This document shows, piece after piece, positions 39,068-49,782 of a stretch of DNA of 64,000 bases. The DNA is from an uncultured Candidatus Rokubacteria bacterium (GTDB lineage Bacteria; Methylomirabilota; Methylomirabilia; Rokubacteriales; DASRDR01), in assembly GCA_963826115.1 (NCBI GenBank), contig CAWGVS010000004.1, positions 64,001 to 128,000 on the forward strand, written 5' to 3'. Positions within the stretch are counted from its first letter, which is position 1. The number at the start of each line of letters is the position of its first letter. The translations under genes and the position numbers were made by a program. The notes under the pieces are model-generated. The model made no database searches and was not told the origin of the DNA. It saw only the letters and a list, made by a program, of their open reading frames with translations.

Positions 39068-40510
39068 TCAGGGGCGGCGGGCGACCGCGACCAGGGACAG
39101 CCCGAAGGGCAGGGGCAGGGCCGCCTCGGCCCGGAGGAGGGGGACCAGGAGGTTCTGCAGCCGGAGCTGGAGGCCGGGGACGCGGGTCCGGCGGAGGATC
39201 ACGCTGTTCAGGTACCAGCCGACGACCCCCAGGCGGTTGAAGAACTGTGTGTGTTCCACGCGGAAACCGGCCTCCTCGAGCTTTCCGACGAGTCCGGCCC
39301 GCTCGTACCGGCGGTGGTGGTCGATCGCGCGGTCGATGGCGCCGTACAGCCGCTCGTGGGCCGGGACCAGGAGGAGGAGGCGGCCGCCCGGAGCCAGGGC
39401 GGCGTGAAGCCGCCGGAGGGCCCCCCGGTCGTCCGCCACGTGCTCGAGGACGTTCAGGCAAAGGATCGTGTCGAGTCGACGCTCCGCGAGCGATGCCGGG
39501 TCGAACGTGGCGAGGTCGAGCGGCAGCACCTCGACCCGCGTGTGGCGCTCGAAGGTGTTCCCCAGGATGCGGACGTAGCGCGGGTTGAGCTCGGTCGCCA
39601 CGACGAGGTCGCGCCCCATCAGGTGGCGGGTCAAGCTGCCGATCCCGGAGCCGATCTCGAGCACGCGCTGGCCGAGCCACGGCGTCAGCTGCTGGAACAT
39701 CCAGCGGTTGTAGCGCTCGGCCCGGGACAGGCGGAGGAGCGTCTTGTAGCCGGGGTCCGCGTTCTCCTGGTCGTCGACGAAGGCGTACCGGAGGATCGTC
39801 CAGAGCGCGACGATCCCGTCGGTCCAGCGGATCTTCTTGCCTTCCCAGTACGCGCGCCCGGCGTAGGAGATGGGCACCTCGTAGATTCGCGCGTGCACCT
39901 TCGCGAGCTTGGCGGTGAGCTCGGGCTCCACGCCGAAGCGGCTCGACCGGATGGGGATGCTCTTGATGATGTCGGCGCGGAAGACCTTGTAGCCGGTCTC
40001 CATGTCGGTGAGGTTCAGGTTCGTGACCATGTTCGAGACCATGGTCAGGAACTTGTTCGCGACGTGGTGCCAGAAGTAGAGGACACGCCGGGGCGTGCCC
40101 GTGAAACGCGAGCCGAACACGACGTCGGCCTTGCCCTCGAGGATCGGGGCGAGCAGCTTCGGGTAGTCGCGCGGGTCGTACTCGAGGTCGGCGTCCTGGA
40201 CGAGCACGATGTCCCCGGCCGCCTCGGCGAAACCCCGCCGGAGGGCCGCGCCCTTCCCCTGGTTGGGCTCCTGGTAGAAGACGCGGATCTCGTTCTTCTC
40301 GTCTGCCGCCCCGAGCCGCCGGGCCTCCGCGAGCTCGGCCTCGAGCCGCCGGAGGTAGTCCCGCGTCCCGTCCGTCGAGCAGTCGTCGACGATCACGATC
40401 TCCTTGGGGATCGTGATCGCCTGGACGCGCTGCAGGATCTCGGGGAGCGTCAGGCGCTCGTTGTAGACCGGGATGACGACGGACAGCCGTGTGGAGGGGT
40501 TCTGTCCCAC
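39068..40510 (-). CDS. Bifunctional GT2 (DPM1-like) / class I SAM methyltransferase
   Basis: [40 protein letters not shown]; then [25 protein letters not shown]. Leaderless GTG 40510. Confidence 0.92.
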   Translation of the reverse strand: MGQNPSTRLSVVIPVYNERLTLPEILQRVQAITIPKEIVIVDDCSTDGTRDYLRRLEAELAEARRLGAADEKNEIRVFYQEPNQGKGAALRRGFAEAAGDIVLVQDADLEYDPRDYPKLLAPILEGKADVVFGSRFTGTPRRVLYFWHHVANKFLTMVSNMVTNLNLTDMETGYKVFRADIIKSIPIRSSRFGVEPELTAKLAKVHARIYEVPISYAGRAYWEGKKIRWTDGIVALWTILRYAFVDDQENADPGYKTLLRLSRAERYNRWMFQQLTPWLGQRVLEIGSGIGSLTRHLMGRDLVVATELNPRYVRILGNTFERHTRVEVLPLDLATFDPASLAERRLDTILCLNVLEHVADDRGALRRLHAALAPGGRLLLLVPAHERLYGAIDRAIDHHRRYERAGLVGKLEEAGFRVEHTQFFNRLGVVGWYLNSVILRRTRVPGLQLRLQNLLVPLLRAEAALPLPFGLSLVAVARRP

Positions 40511-40517
40511 CGGCGGC

Positions 40518-40570
40518 ATTATAGCAAGGTCGCGCGCTCGCGTTGACCTGGCGGCCGCGCGGTCTATAGT
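40518..40570. promoter_or_regulatory. Back-to-back promoters driving two leaderless glycosylation genes
   Basis: Minus strand: TGcTATAAT (-10 at 40523-40518), 7 nt, GTG 40510. Plus strand: TTGACC (40543-40548), 16 nt, TATAGT (40565-40570), 6 nt, GTG 40577. Confidence 0.7.
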
Positions 40571-40576
40571 GGCCGC

Positions 40577-43333
40577 GTGGCCCGGAGCGGGGGTCCAGCG
40601 GAGGCGCCGACCCGGACGCAGCCCCGCGAGTGGCCGGCGATCGTCTCGCTCCTCGCCCTCGCGGCGGGCGTCCGCCTGCTCCGCTTCGGTGGCGAGCTCG
40701 CCTGGCCCCACGTCGACGAGTCGAACGTCGCGGTCCCCGCCCTCCAGATCCTTCAGGGCACGTTCCCGGTGCACCACGTCGGGGTCGAGTACATTGGAGC
40801 CACAGCGGCGTATCCGATGGCGGCGTGGTTCCGGGTCGCGGGCCCGTCCACGACGGCGCTGGACCTCTACTGCTACGCGGTCGGGCTCGCGGTCGTGTGG
40901 ACCGGGTACCTCGTGGCGCGGCGCCTCTTGCCGCCGGGTGGGGCCCTGGCCGCGCTCGCCGTGCTGGCCGTGCCGCCCTTGCTCCTGGCGCACTGGGCGG
41001 TCAATGGGGCGCTGAACCCGCCGGTCATGCTGGTGATCGGGAACCTACTGCTCCTGGGCACGCACACGGTGTTCGTGCGACGCCCCGGCGCGGCGGGCCC
41101 GCTCCTGGTCGTCGGGCTCCTGGCGGGCATCGGCTGGTGGGCATACCCGCTCGTCGTCGTCTACGGTGCCCCCTTCGCGATCCTCGCCCTCCGGACGGGG
41201 CTCGTCTGGCGCGCGCGCTTCTGGCTGCTGCCGCTCGGCGTGCTGCTGGGCGGGCTGCCCGACTGGATCTACCAGGTCCTGAACTTCCCGACGGCGCGGG
41301 TCATGCTTCAGGGATCGGGGTCGCTCCCCCCCGAGCCCGTCGCGGCCCGCGCGTCGATGCTGGCGGGCAACATCCTGCCTCAGCTGGTGGGCGCGGGGTC
41401 CACCGACGACTACGCGCTCCCCCTCGCGGCGCGGATCCTGCTCGGTGCCCTCGCGACGCTCGCGTTCCTGCGCGCGGTGACGCGGGATGGGCGGGAGGTC
41501 CGCTGGCTCGTCGGCGGGCCCGGGTCGCTCGCGCTCGGACCCGGCATCCTCTGGCCGCTCGTGGCGGTCAACGTCCTCCTCGTCCTCGCGACCAAGCGGC
41601 CGCTCGGGCCGACGTACCTCCTGCCGCTCTACAGCGTCCTGCCGATCTGGCTGGGAGAGGCGCTCTGGTGGCTCTGGGGCCGCCGGCGCCGGCTCGCGGC
41701 GGGCGCGCTCGCCCTGTGGCTCGCTCTCCATCTCTGGGCGAACTGGGCGGTCACGTTCGGGCGCGCCGGGACCACGCCACCGCGCTGGGGCGCGTTCGAG
41801 GCGATGGTGCGACCCCTCGACGAGTGGCTCACCGCCCGCGGCATCGGCCACGTGTACTGGGCCACCGACGGGGGGCTCGCGGCCTTCGAAGCCACGTACC
41901 TCACCGGCGGGCGCGTGATCGCGGCCGACGTCTGGGCCGAGGACATCGTGCAGCACGCCCACGCCGTGGACGCGCAGGACCTGCCGCCGATCGTGACCAC
42001 CGAGAGTCGGCTCCCGGAGCTCCGGGCCGGTCTGGGCGCCCTGTCCCTCGGGCTCACGGAGACCGCGGTCGGGCGCTTCGTCGTGGTGGAGGCGCGGCCG
42101 ACGCGCCCGATGGGCGTCACTGCGATCCCGCCGGTAGGCTGGACCGTCACCGCGAGCCATCGTGGGTTCGAGGCCCGCTGCCTGATCGACCGGGACGCGG
42201 GGACGGGCTGGAGCATCGGCGATGTCCAGAGGCCCGGGCAGTGGCTCGCGGTGGATCTCGGGCGCGAGGAGACCGTCTCGCGGATCGACCTCCTGTCGAT
42301 CGACTGGCAGGAGGTGCCGGCCGGCTTCCGCGTGGAGCGGTCCCGCGACGGCGTTCGCTGGGACACGGTCGCCGAGGTGCCGCGCTACTGGGGGCCGCTC
42401 TTCTGGTCCGAGCGCCATGCGTTCCTGAAGGTCCGTCGCGGGCGGGTCCAGGCGATCTTCGAGCCTGCGCTGACGCGGTACCTCCGGATCGTCATGACGG
42501 GCGAGTCCTCGTACCGGGCCTGGGCGGCGCGCGAGCTGTTCGTGTACGGGCCGGCGCCGGCCCCGGCTCCCGCCGCGCCGATCCGCGCCGGCGAGGTGGC
42601 GGAGGCGCTCGCGCGAGAGGGCGTGGCCTTCGTGTACGCGAACCCGTGGCTGTCGGCGCGGGCACGGGTCGAGTCGCGGGAAACGATCGGGACGCTGGAG
42701 TCGAACTCGTCCCTGAACTCCTACGGACGGTCGACGCCCGGACCGGCGGCGCTGGAGCGGGTCCGGCTGAGGCCGGACCGGGCGATTCTCCTGGGCGCGG
42801 ACGCCGACGCGGTCGACGTCCGCCGCACGCTCGTGGCGCGCGGCGCTCTGGCCCGGGAGCGGGCGGTCGGGCCGTACGCGCTGCTGGTCCTGGGGCGGGA
42901 CGCGCCGCGCCGCCCGGTCGCGCCGACGGGGTGGCGGGCGCGCGCGAGCGCCGGCGAGGCCGCCGCGCGGCGGGCCGTCGACGGGAAGCCGGCGACGCGC
43001 TGGACGGCGGGCGGACCGGTGACGGAGCACACGAGCGTCACGGTGGAGCTGGACCGGCCGCGCGCGCTGACCGGGCTCCGGTTGACGCCGGGCTCGCGCG
43101 AGGGCGGCCCGGCGGACTTCGCGCTGGACGGGTCGTCGGACGGGCAGGCCTGGACGCCGCTCGGGCCGGCGACGTGGGCGGGGCCGCTCTACTGGACGGG
43201 CGCCGAGCTCCTGCGCAACAGCCGCTCGGAGTGGGCCGTGACGTTTCCCGCGGCCACGGTGCGGTATCTCCGGATCCGGCCCGCGGCGCCCGCGCCGACC
43301 TGGAGCATCGCCGAGATCACCGCGTTCGAGTGA
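40577..43333 (+). CDS. GT-C (ArnT/PMT-like) membrane glycosyltransferase with two F5/8 type C (discoidin) domains
   Basis: DE motif (HVDES) after TM1, about 11-13 TMs, YLLPLY. Discoidin patterns IDRD.GTGWS...QWLAVDLG and VDGKPATRW...VELD...RYLRI...WSIAEI. Confidence 0.8.
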   Translation: MARSGGPAEAPTRTQPREWPAIVSLLALAAGVRLLRFGGELAWPHVDESNVAVPALQILQGTFPVHHVGVEYIGATAAYPMAAWFRVAGPSTTALDLYCYAVGLAVVWTGYLVARRLLPPGGALAALAVLAVPPLLLAHWAVNGALNPPVMLVIGNLLLLGTHTVFVRRPGAAGPLLVVGLLAGIGWWAYPLVVVYGAPFAILALRTGLVWRARFWLLPLGVLLGGLPDWIYQVLNFPTARVMLQGSGSLPPEPVAARASMLAGNILPQLVGAGSTDDYALPLAARILLGALATLAFLRAVTRDGREVRWLVGGPGSLALGPGILWPLVAVNVLLVLATKRPLGPTYLLPLYSVLPIWLGEALWWLWGRRRRLAAGALALWLALHLWANWAVTFGRAGTTPPRWGAFEAMVRPLDEWLTARGIGHVYWATDGGLAAFEATYLTGGRVIAADVWAEDIVQHAHAVDAQDLPPIVTTESRLPELRAGLGALSLGLTETAVGRFVVVEARPTRPMGVTAIPPVGWTVTASHRGFEARCLIDRDAGTGWSIGDVQRPGQWLAVDLGREETVSRIDLLSIDWQEVPAGFRVERSRDGVRWDTVAEVPRYWGPLFWSERHAFLKVRRGRVQAIFEPALTRYLRIVMTGESSYRAWAARELFVYGPAPAPAPAAPIRAGEVAEALAREGVAFVYANPWLSARARVESRETIGTLESNSSLNSYGRSTPGPAALERVRLRPDRAILLGADADAVDVRRTLVARGALARERAVGPYALLVLGRDAPRRPVAPTGWRARASAGEAAARRAVDGKPATRWTAGGPVTEHTSVTVELDRPRALTGLRLTPGSREGGPADFALDGSSDGQAWTPLGPATWAGPLYWTGAELLRNSRSEWAVTFPAATVRYLRIRPAAPAPTWSIAEITAFE

Positions 43334-43352
43334 GCAGCCGAACGGCGCGCGC

Positions 43353-46052
43353 TCACGCTGACGGCGTGGCGATCCGCCGCCGGCGCGCCAGGAGCCACGC
43401 GGCGCCGAGGGCCCCGAGGGTGGCGATCGTCACGCCGAGGCCGACGAAGACGCCGGGCTGCCGGTAGCGGAACTCCACCCGATGGCGGCCGGCCGGGAGG
43501 AACACCGCGCGGAGCGCATGGTCCGCGGGCGCGATCGTGACGGGCTGGCCGTTGTCCCACGCCCGCCAGCGCCGGTCGTACGTGTCGCTCAGCACGAGGA
43601 CGGCGGGCTCCCGCGCATCGGTCTCCAGCACGATGTGCTCCGCCGCGTACGTGACCACCCGGACCGGGGGCAGGGGCGGCGCGCCGATCCGCGGCGGCGG
43701 GGTGAAGCCCGCCGGCAGGGCCTCGGTCGTCAGGACCTCCTCGAGCGGGTCGAGGTCACGGACCTGGTCCAGCATCTGCGCGGCCGGGACCTGGCGAGCC
43801 CGGCGCACGAGAAACGCGCGCGGCAGCGCCCGCACGTTCTCGTAGAGCCCCGCGGTCACCTGGCGGAAGCGCTCGGGATCCGGTGCGGGCGGCCAGCCGA
43901 CCCGGCCGTCCGCGGCCACGCGCTCCACGATCAGCACGGCCGGCCCCGGAGCGCCCTCGAGCAGGAGCTCCGCGGGGCGCAGTCCCCGGGGCAGGTCCAC
44001 GGTCGCGCGGTAGGTGTGCCCCTGGTACCCCTCCGGGACGGACCACGAGCGGATCACCCCGGGCTTCCCGTGGCCCGCGCGCGCGCCGGGCCGGTCGATC
44101 GACCACTCGGCGGTCTCGATCCCGGCGCGGAGAGGCAGGGCGGCGCTCGTGCCGTCCGCGCCCACGACGTGCACCGTAGCGACCGTCTGGCCCTGCGCGA
44201 GCTCGAGCCCGTGGACGAGATGCGAGTGGATCTCGAGCTGCCGGGGCGCGCCCTCGCCGGGCAACGGGAGCCGGCGCACCGCCCCGGGCCACACGCGCAG
44301 CGGCCCCGGCGGCCGAGCGGCGGGCGGTGGCGCGGCGCCGGCCGGCAGCACGTAGCGGACGTTCAGCAGGTCCTGGACACGCGGGAGCTCCTGGCTCAGC
44401 GCATAGAGGTCGAGGAAGGCCGGGGGCGCGAAGGTGCTCTCGCCGTCGACGATTCCCCAGCCGTACCGGTAGATCGTCTGAGGGTGGATGTGGTCTCCAC
44501 GGCTCAACCTGAGCGGCTCGGTGGTGCGGCTGATCGCCTCCACCCACTCGCGTTCGCGTGGCGGCCGGATGTCGGGGTTCCGCGCGGTGTCGGTGATCGG
44601 GTAGGAGCCGAAGAGGAGATCCGTCAGGAGGACGATCAGGACGGCCGCCCGCAGCGCGACCGGGCCCGCGAGCCCGGGCCACGACACGACGAGCGCGGCC
44701 CCGGCCAGGTAGAGCACGAGCAGCACGTACTGGCTGGCGAAATTCTGGAAGTCGTCCGCGTTCGACTGGGCCTGCGCCCAGACGAGGACCAGCATGAGCG
44801 GCACGACGCCGGCCGCGGCGACGAGCGCCAGCCGCCGGACGCCCCGCGCGAGCGCCCGCGGCCGCGGCCCGGTGACGAGCGCCTCCGCGCCGATCCCGGC
44901 GAGGATCGCCACCGCGAAGCCTGCGACCCCGACGAAGCGCGCGGGGATGCGGAAGAGCGTCAGCCCCGGGAGGAGATCGTACGTGACCCGGTAGAGCCCG
45001 TAGTGGTCGCCGAAGGCCAGGAGCACCCCGCCCACGGCCAGGGCGGCGTGGAAGCCCACCCGCCAGTCCCACCGCCGCATGACGGCGTGGAGCGCCAGGA
45101 TCATCGGCAGGATGCCGGGGTAGAGGTAGTACTCCGAGCCGCTGCTCTTCCAGGTGCCCACGGTGAACAGGCCCCAGGGCAGGAGCGCCTGGGCCAGGTA
45201 CGCGGGCAGGAGCGACCCGGTCGTCTTCCAGTCGTAGCCGAGGCCGGCCCGGTGCGAGGCGACGGCCATCTCCCAGGACGGCACCAGCTGCACCGCCGCG
45301 ATGCCGAGCGCGACGACCGGCACGAGCGCGAGGATCGCCGCGAGCCGCCGCCACGGCCCGCCCGTGGCCGCCCGCCGCGCGATCAGCGTGAGACCGAGTG
45401 CGCCGGTCGCGAGGCCGACGTGATAGAAGAGCTGTGGATGCCCGGCGAGAAACGCGACGCCCAGCGCGAGCCCGCCGAGCGCGCCCCAGCGGGGGCGCAG
45501 GGTGGCGTCCGCGCGCGCCAGGCAGGCGAGGATCGCCGGCAACCACGCCGCCGTGTCGATCATGGTCCAGTGCGTGACGTGCGCGAGCATGAAGCCCGAG
45601 AACATGAACGCGATGCCGCTCACGCTCGCCGCGAAGCGCCCGAGACCGAGCTGCCGCGCGTAGAGATACGTGAAGGCGCCCGCCATTGCGTAGTGCAGGA
45701 GATGGTGGTACTGCAGGACGACGTGAGGGATATGCTGCCCGCGCTCCAGGAGTCCCAGCACCAGCAGATTCACCGGGTAGAAGAGATGCAGGTGAGCCTG
45801 GAGGAACATCGGGTGGTGGGTGCCGCCTCCGAGGAACGGCGAGCCCGTCCCGAGCGTCGGGTCCCAGAGCGCGAGGATCCCGCGCTTCAGGTGGTGGTAG
45901 AAGTACGGCTCGACGGCGAGGCCGAAGTCGCCGCCCAAGTGGAGGCGCGAGCCCGCGAACGGCGTGACGAGCGCCCAGAGCTTGACGGCCGCCAGGGCGG
46001 CCAGGCCCGCGATCGGCAGGGCCTCCCGCACCCACGGTCGGTGCCCGCGCAT
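43353..46052 (-). CDS. YfhO-family GT-C membrane glycosyltransferase
   Basis: LWDPTLGTGSPF, FYP, LAGHPQ, FRIPARF, LPRAF and the YfhO C-terminus LVLSDTY..WRA..NG...LRAVFLPAGRHRVEFRY plus a terminal TM. Confidence 0.85.
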   Translation of the reverse strand: MRGHRPWVREALPIAGLAALAAVKLWALVTPFAGSRLHLGGDFGLAVEPYFYHHLKRGILALWDPTLGTGSPFLGGGTHHPMFLQAHLHLFYPVNLLVLGLLERGQHIPHVVLQYHHLLHYAMAGAFTYLYARQLGLGRFAASVSGIAFMFSGFMLAHVTHWTMIDTAAWLPAILACLARADATLRPRWGALGGLALGVAFLAGHPQLFYHVGLATGALGLTLIARRAATGGPWRRLAAILALVPVVALGIAAVQLVPSWEMAVASHRAGLGYDWKTTGSLLPAYLAQALLPWGLFTVGTWKSSGSEYYLYPGILPMILALHAVMRRWDWRVGFHAALAVGGVLLAFGDHYGLYRVTYDLLPGLTLFRIPARFVGVAGFAVAILAGIGAEALVTGPRPRALARGVRRLALVAAAGVVPLMLVLVWAQAQSNADDFQNFASQYVLLVLYLAGAALVVSWPGLAGPVALRAAVLIVLLTDLLFGSYPITDTARNPDIRPPREREWVEAISRTTEPLRLSRGDHIHPQTIYRYGWGIVDGESTFAPPAFLDLYALSQELPRVQDLLNVRYVLPAGAAPPPAARPPGPLRVWPGAVRRLPLPGEGAPRQLEIHSHLVHGLELAQGQTVATVHVVGADGTSAALPLRAGIETAEWSIDRPGARAGHGKPGVIRSWSVPEGYQGHTYRATVDLPRGLRPAELLLEGAPGPAVLIVERVAADGRVGWPPAPDPERFRQVTAGLYENVRALPRAFLVRRARQVPAAQMLDQVRDLDPLEEVLTTEALPAGFTPPPRIGAPPLPPVRVVTYAAEHIVLETDAREPAVLVLSDTYDRRWRAWDNGQPVTIAPADHALRAVFLPAGRHRVEFRYRQPGVFVGLGVTIATLGALGAAWLLARRRRIATPSA

Positions 46053-46104
46053 AGTGGTTGTGCCGCGCCCTCCCAATCGGCGCCGGTAGCCTAGCAGAAA
46101 GGTC

Positions 46105-46890
46105 ATGGCGCCTCAACAGAACGAGGGCGGCGCGGCCGATGGCTCCGGCCTCTCCGTCGTGGTCCCGGCATTCAACGAGGCCCGCCGCCTTCCGGGCACG
46201 CTCCCGCGCATGATCGAGTACGCCCGCGGCCTCGCCGAGCCCGTGGAGATCATCGTCGTCGACGACGGGAGCACCGACGGCACCGGCGACGCCGCGGCGG
46301 CGGTCGCGCGGACGTGCGACCTCGTGACGGTCCTGCGCGCCGACCGGAACCGGGGCAAGGGGGCCGCGGTGCGCCGCGGCGTGCTCGCGGCGCGGCACGG
46401 GCACGTGCTCTTCACGGACGTCGACCTGTCCACGCCCATGGAGGAGGCGGCCAAGCTGCGCGTCGCCCTGGGGAACGGCGCCGACGTGGCGATCGGATCC
46501 CGTCGCCTTGCCGGGTCCGACGTCCAGGTGCATCAGCCCTGGCTCCGGGAGCTGGCCGGCCGCACGTTCAGCGGCCTGGTGTCGCTCCTCTTGCTCCCGG
46601 GCGTCCACGACAGCCAGTGCGGCTTCAAGGCCTTCCGGCGGTCGGTCGCGCGCGAGATCTTCGGCCGGCAGCGCCTCGAGGGGTTCGGCTTCGACGCCGA
46701 GGTGTTGTGGCTCGCGCGCCGACTCGACTACCGGATCGCCGAGGTGCCCATCGTCTGGCGGGACGACCGCCGCAGCAACGTGCGGCTCGTCCGCGACTCG
46801 GGCGGGATGGTGCTGGACCTCCTCCGCATCCGCCTCAACGGCTGGGCGGGACGCTACGCGCTGAAGCGCCCGCGCTCGTCGCCGCGGTAA
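46105..46890 (+). CDS. GT2 polyprenyl-phosphate glycosyltransferase (ALG5/DPG-synthase-like)
   Basis: SVVVPAFNE, DDGSTD, NRGKGAAVRRG, FTDVDLSTP, DSQCGFK, FGFDAE, EVPIVW. Confidence 0.92.
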   Translation: MAPQQNEGGAADGSGLSVVVPAFNEARRLPGTLPRMIEYARGLAEPVEIIVVDDGSTDGTGDAAAAVARTCDLVTVLRADRNRGKGAAVRRGVLAARHGHVLFTDVDLSTPMEEAAKLRVALGNGADVAIGSRRLAGSDVQVHQPWLRELAGRTFSGLVSLLLLPGVHDSQCGFKAFRRSVAREIFGRQRLEGFGFDAEVLWLARRLDYRIAEVPIVWRDDRRSNVRLVRDSGGMVLDLLRIRLNGWAGRYALKRPRSSPR

Positions 46891-46895
46891 CCGCG

Positions 46896-49643
46896 GTGGG
46901 AGGGCCGCGCCGGCGGGAGGGCGGCGATCCCGCGGCCGCGGCCGGGCGCTCGTCCCGGGCGCTCCTCGCCGCGCTTGCGGTCGGGATGGCGGCGCGGCTC
47001 CTCACGCTCCGGCTGCCGCGCCTCTGGTACGACGAGGCCACCTCGGGCCTGCTCGGGCTCGCCGTCCTCCAGGGCGATCTGCCCACCTACTTCTTCGGCC
47101 AGCCGTTCATGGGCGCGCTGGACGGCTACCTTGCAGCGCCGCTCTTCTGGCTCTTGGGCGTCTCGGCCCGGACGGTCGAGCTCGTGCCCGTGCTGCTGTC
47201 GCTCGTCACCCTCGGCCTGACGGTCCGGCTGGCCCGCGACGCCTTCGGGCTGCGCGCCGCCCTCTTCGTCGCGGTCGGGCTCGCGGTGCCGCCGGACTTC
47301 CTCCTGTTCTGGGCGCACGAGGCGCGCAACCACTACCCGCTGACGCTCGTCCTCGGGACGCTCGCGCTCCTCTTCGCGCTCCGGGCACCCGCCGCGCGGG
47401 GCGGCCGGGCTGCGGTCCTGTTCCTGCTCCTGGGCACGAGCCTCGGCCTCGCCTTCTGGACCAACTTCCTCTCGCTCGTCTACTTCCCGGCGGTCGCGGT
47501 TCTCCTGCTGCGCCGCGGGCTCCGGCCGCTCCTGCCCGCCGGCCTCGCGGCCGTGCCCGCCTTCCTGATCGCGAGCCTGCCGCACTGGCTCTACGGCGTG
47601 CCGCACGGCTCCGCCATGCCGCCGCCCGGCCGGGCCGTGGGCGCCGAGACCATGCTGACGCATCTCGGCTACTTCGGCCGCACGGCCTGGCCGATCGTCG
47701 CGGGCGTGCCCGCGTCCGTGCGCGATGCCGCGCTGGGCGTGGGGCTCGCGCTCGCGCTGGGCGCGCTGTACCTGGCGGCCGCCGCGACGGCGCTCGGCGC
47801 GGCCCGGCGAGCCGCGCCGCCCGCGGGCGCGGCGGCCCTCGCCCTCGTGACCCTCGTCGGCGTGAACCTGGGGGTTGCGGTCGCGACGCGGTACGGGCGC
47901 GGCCTCGACGACCACGATCCGCATTACCTCCTGCCGCTCTACACGGCGCTGCCCCCGCTGCTCGGCTGGCTCCTGGCCCGCCTGGCGGGCCGCCGCGCGC
48001 GCATCCTGGCGGGCGCGGTCGTCGCCCTCCAGGCCGTGGGCGCGCTCGGCGGTAGCCTCGCGAATCTCCATCCCGCGATCGCGGCGGCCGAGCGGGGCGA
48101 GCTCCGGGCGCAGCTCGCGACGCTGGACGGCCTCGACCGCGCCGGGCTCCACCGACTCTACGACTCCGATGCCACGGGGCGCGTGCTCACCGTGCTCTCG
48201 GCGGGGCGGACGATCGTCTCGAATCCCTACGAGGAGATCCGCCCCTCCTTCGCCCGCGCCGTCGACGGCGCGCCGGGGGCGGCCTGGTGGATGCCGCGCC
48301 GCGCGCCGACGCTCGAGGCGCACTTCGCGGCGCTGGGCGTCCGCTTCGAGTTCCATCGCGTGAATCGGCTCGCTGGCGCGTACGGGGCGTTCGCGCTGGT
48401 CGCGCCACCGGTGCGCGAGCTACCAGCTACCGGGCTTCGTGTCACCGCGAGCGACGCGGCGGACGGCGCCGGGCGCATGACGGATCGCATCGGCGAGACC
48501 CTGTGGAGCACCGGCCGTCCCCAGCGAGGCGGCGAGTGGGTCCAGGTGGATCTCGGGGCCGTCGTGCCCATCGCGCTCGTCCGGTGGCTCCCGGGTACGT
48601 TCCAGGAGGTGCCGCGGGGACTCCGGCTCGAGGCGTCGCTCGACGGCGTGGCCTGGCGCACGCTCGTGGACCTGCCCGAGTACGTGGGACCGCTCTACTG
48701 GTCGGCCGGGCGGCCCGTCCAGCGCGTCCGCGCCGGCCGCGTGGAGCTCCGCGTGGCGCCGACGCCCGCGCGCCACCTGCGCATCGTGCAGACCGGGCGC
48801 GGCGGCACGTGGGCGTGGACGATCCGCGAGCTCTACGTGTACGCCGCGGCGGGCCCGGACGCCGTCCCCGCCCCGGAGGCAGACGGCCCGGCACTCGCGC
48901 GGGGCGTCCGGCAGGCGGGCGTGCGGCGGCTTTTCGCCGACGCCGGCTGGGCGAGCCGCGTGACCCTCGCCGACCCCGGGATTCGCGTGCCGCCGGCGAA
49001 CCTCCAGCTCGACGACTACGGCTGGAAGGGCTCGGCCTCGATGCTCCTGCCGCCGTTCGTCTGGGAGCCGGGCACCGGCGTCCTCCTCGAGCCCGCGGAC
49101 GCCGAGGGCTTCATGGAGGCGGCGCGGGCCGGCGGCCTCGGGTTCACCCGGCAGGCCCTCGACGGCCTGACGCTGTTCGTCCACGCGCCGGTCGCCCCAC
49201 CGGGGGCGCGTCTGCCGGTCGGGGCGCTCGCCGTGACCGCCTCGCGGCATTCGAAGAGCGCCGGGCTCGCCGTCGACGGCAACCCCGCGACGCGCTGGGC
49301 GACGGCCGCCCCGCGCGCCGCCGGCGACTGGTTCCGCGTGGAGCTGCCCGCGCTCCGCGCGGTGCGGGCGGTGCGGCTCGAGGCGGCGAACCCGGCGGAC
49401 CTGCCGCCCGCGATCGTCGTCGAGGGGTCGTCCGACGGCACGCGCTGGGAGCGCCTCGCGACGACCGCGCGGCCGGAGCACCGCTATCGGTGGGGCGGCT
49501 TCACGATTCTCGACGATGGCACGATCGCCCTCGCGCTCGAGTTCCCGCCGACCACCGTGCGTGCGCTCCGCCTGGTCCTGCCGGCGGGCGATCCGGTCTT
49601 CGACTGGTCGATCAACGAGCTCGCCGTCTTCGGCGGGGAGTGA
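46896..49643 (+). CDS. GT-C (ArnT/PMT-like) membrane glycosyltransferase with two discoidin domains; paralog of 40577..43333
   Basis: WYDEA motif, GQPFMG, YLLPLY, EWVQVDLG, YVGPLYWS..VRAGRV (cf. [14 protein letters not shown] in the paralog), VDGNPATRW, WSINEL. Confidence 0.8.
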   Translation: MGGPRRREGGDPAAAAGRSSRALLAALAVGMAARLLTLRLPRLWYDEATSGLLGLAVLQGDLPTYFFGQPFMGALDGYLAAPLFWLLGVSARTVELVPVLLSLVTLGLTVRLARDAFGLRAALFVAVGLAVPPDFLLFWAHEARNHYPLTLVLGTLALLFALRAPAARGGRAAVLFLLLGTSLGLAFWTNFLSLVYFPAVAVLLLRRGLRPLLPAGLAAVPAFLIASLPHWLYGVPHGSAMPPPGRAVGAETMLTHLGYFGRTAWPIVAGVPASVRDAALGVGLALALGALYLAAAATALGAARRAAPPAGAAALALVTLVGVNLGVAVATRYGRGLDDHDPHYLLPLYTALPPLLGWLLARLAGRRARILAGAVVALQAVGALGGSLANLHPAIAAAERGELRAQLATLDGLDRAGLHRLYDSDATGRVLTVLSAGRTIVSNPYEEIRPSFARAVDGAPGAAWWMPRRAPTLEAHFAALGVRFEFHRVNRLAGAYGAFALVAPPVRELPATGLRVTASDAADGAGRMTDRIGETLWSTGRPQRGGEWVQVDLGAVVPIALVRWLPGTFQEVPRGLRLEASLDGVAWRTLVDLPEYVGPLYWSAGRPVQRVRAGRVELRVAPTPARHLRIVQTGRGGTWAWTIRELYVYAAAGPDAVPAPEADGPALARGVRQAGVRRLFADAGWASRVTLADPGIRVPPANLQLDDYGWKGSASMLLPPFVWEPGTGVLLEPADAEGFMEAARAGGLGFTRQALDGLTLFVHAPVAPPGARLPVGALAVTASRHSKSAGLAVDGNPATRWATAAPRAAGDWFRVELPALRAVRAVRLEAANPADLPPAIVVEGSSDGTRWERLATTARPEHRYRWGGFTILDDGTIALALEFPPTTVRALRLVLPAGDPVFDWSINELAVFGGE

Positions 49644-49782
49644 AGCCGCGAGCGCTTGGGGGCGCTCACGATCGGCAGTACAGTGAGAGGCGGATGACGT
49701 TCGGGCGGATGCTCGCAGGGTTGATTGTCGTCAGCGCGCTCGACGTCGCGGCGCCTCCTCCCCCTCGCCCCGCGAGGGCCCG

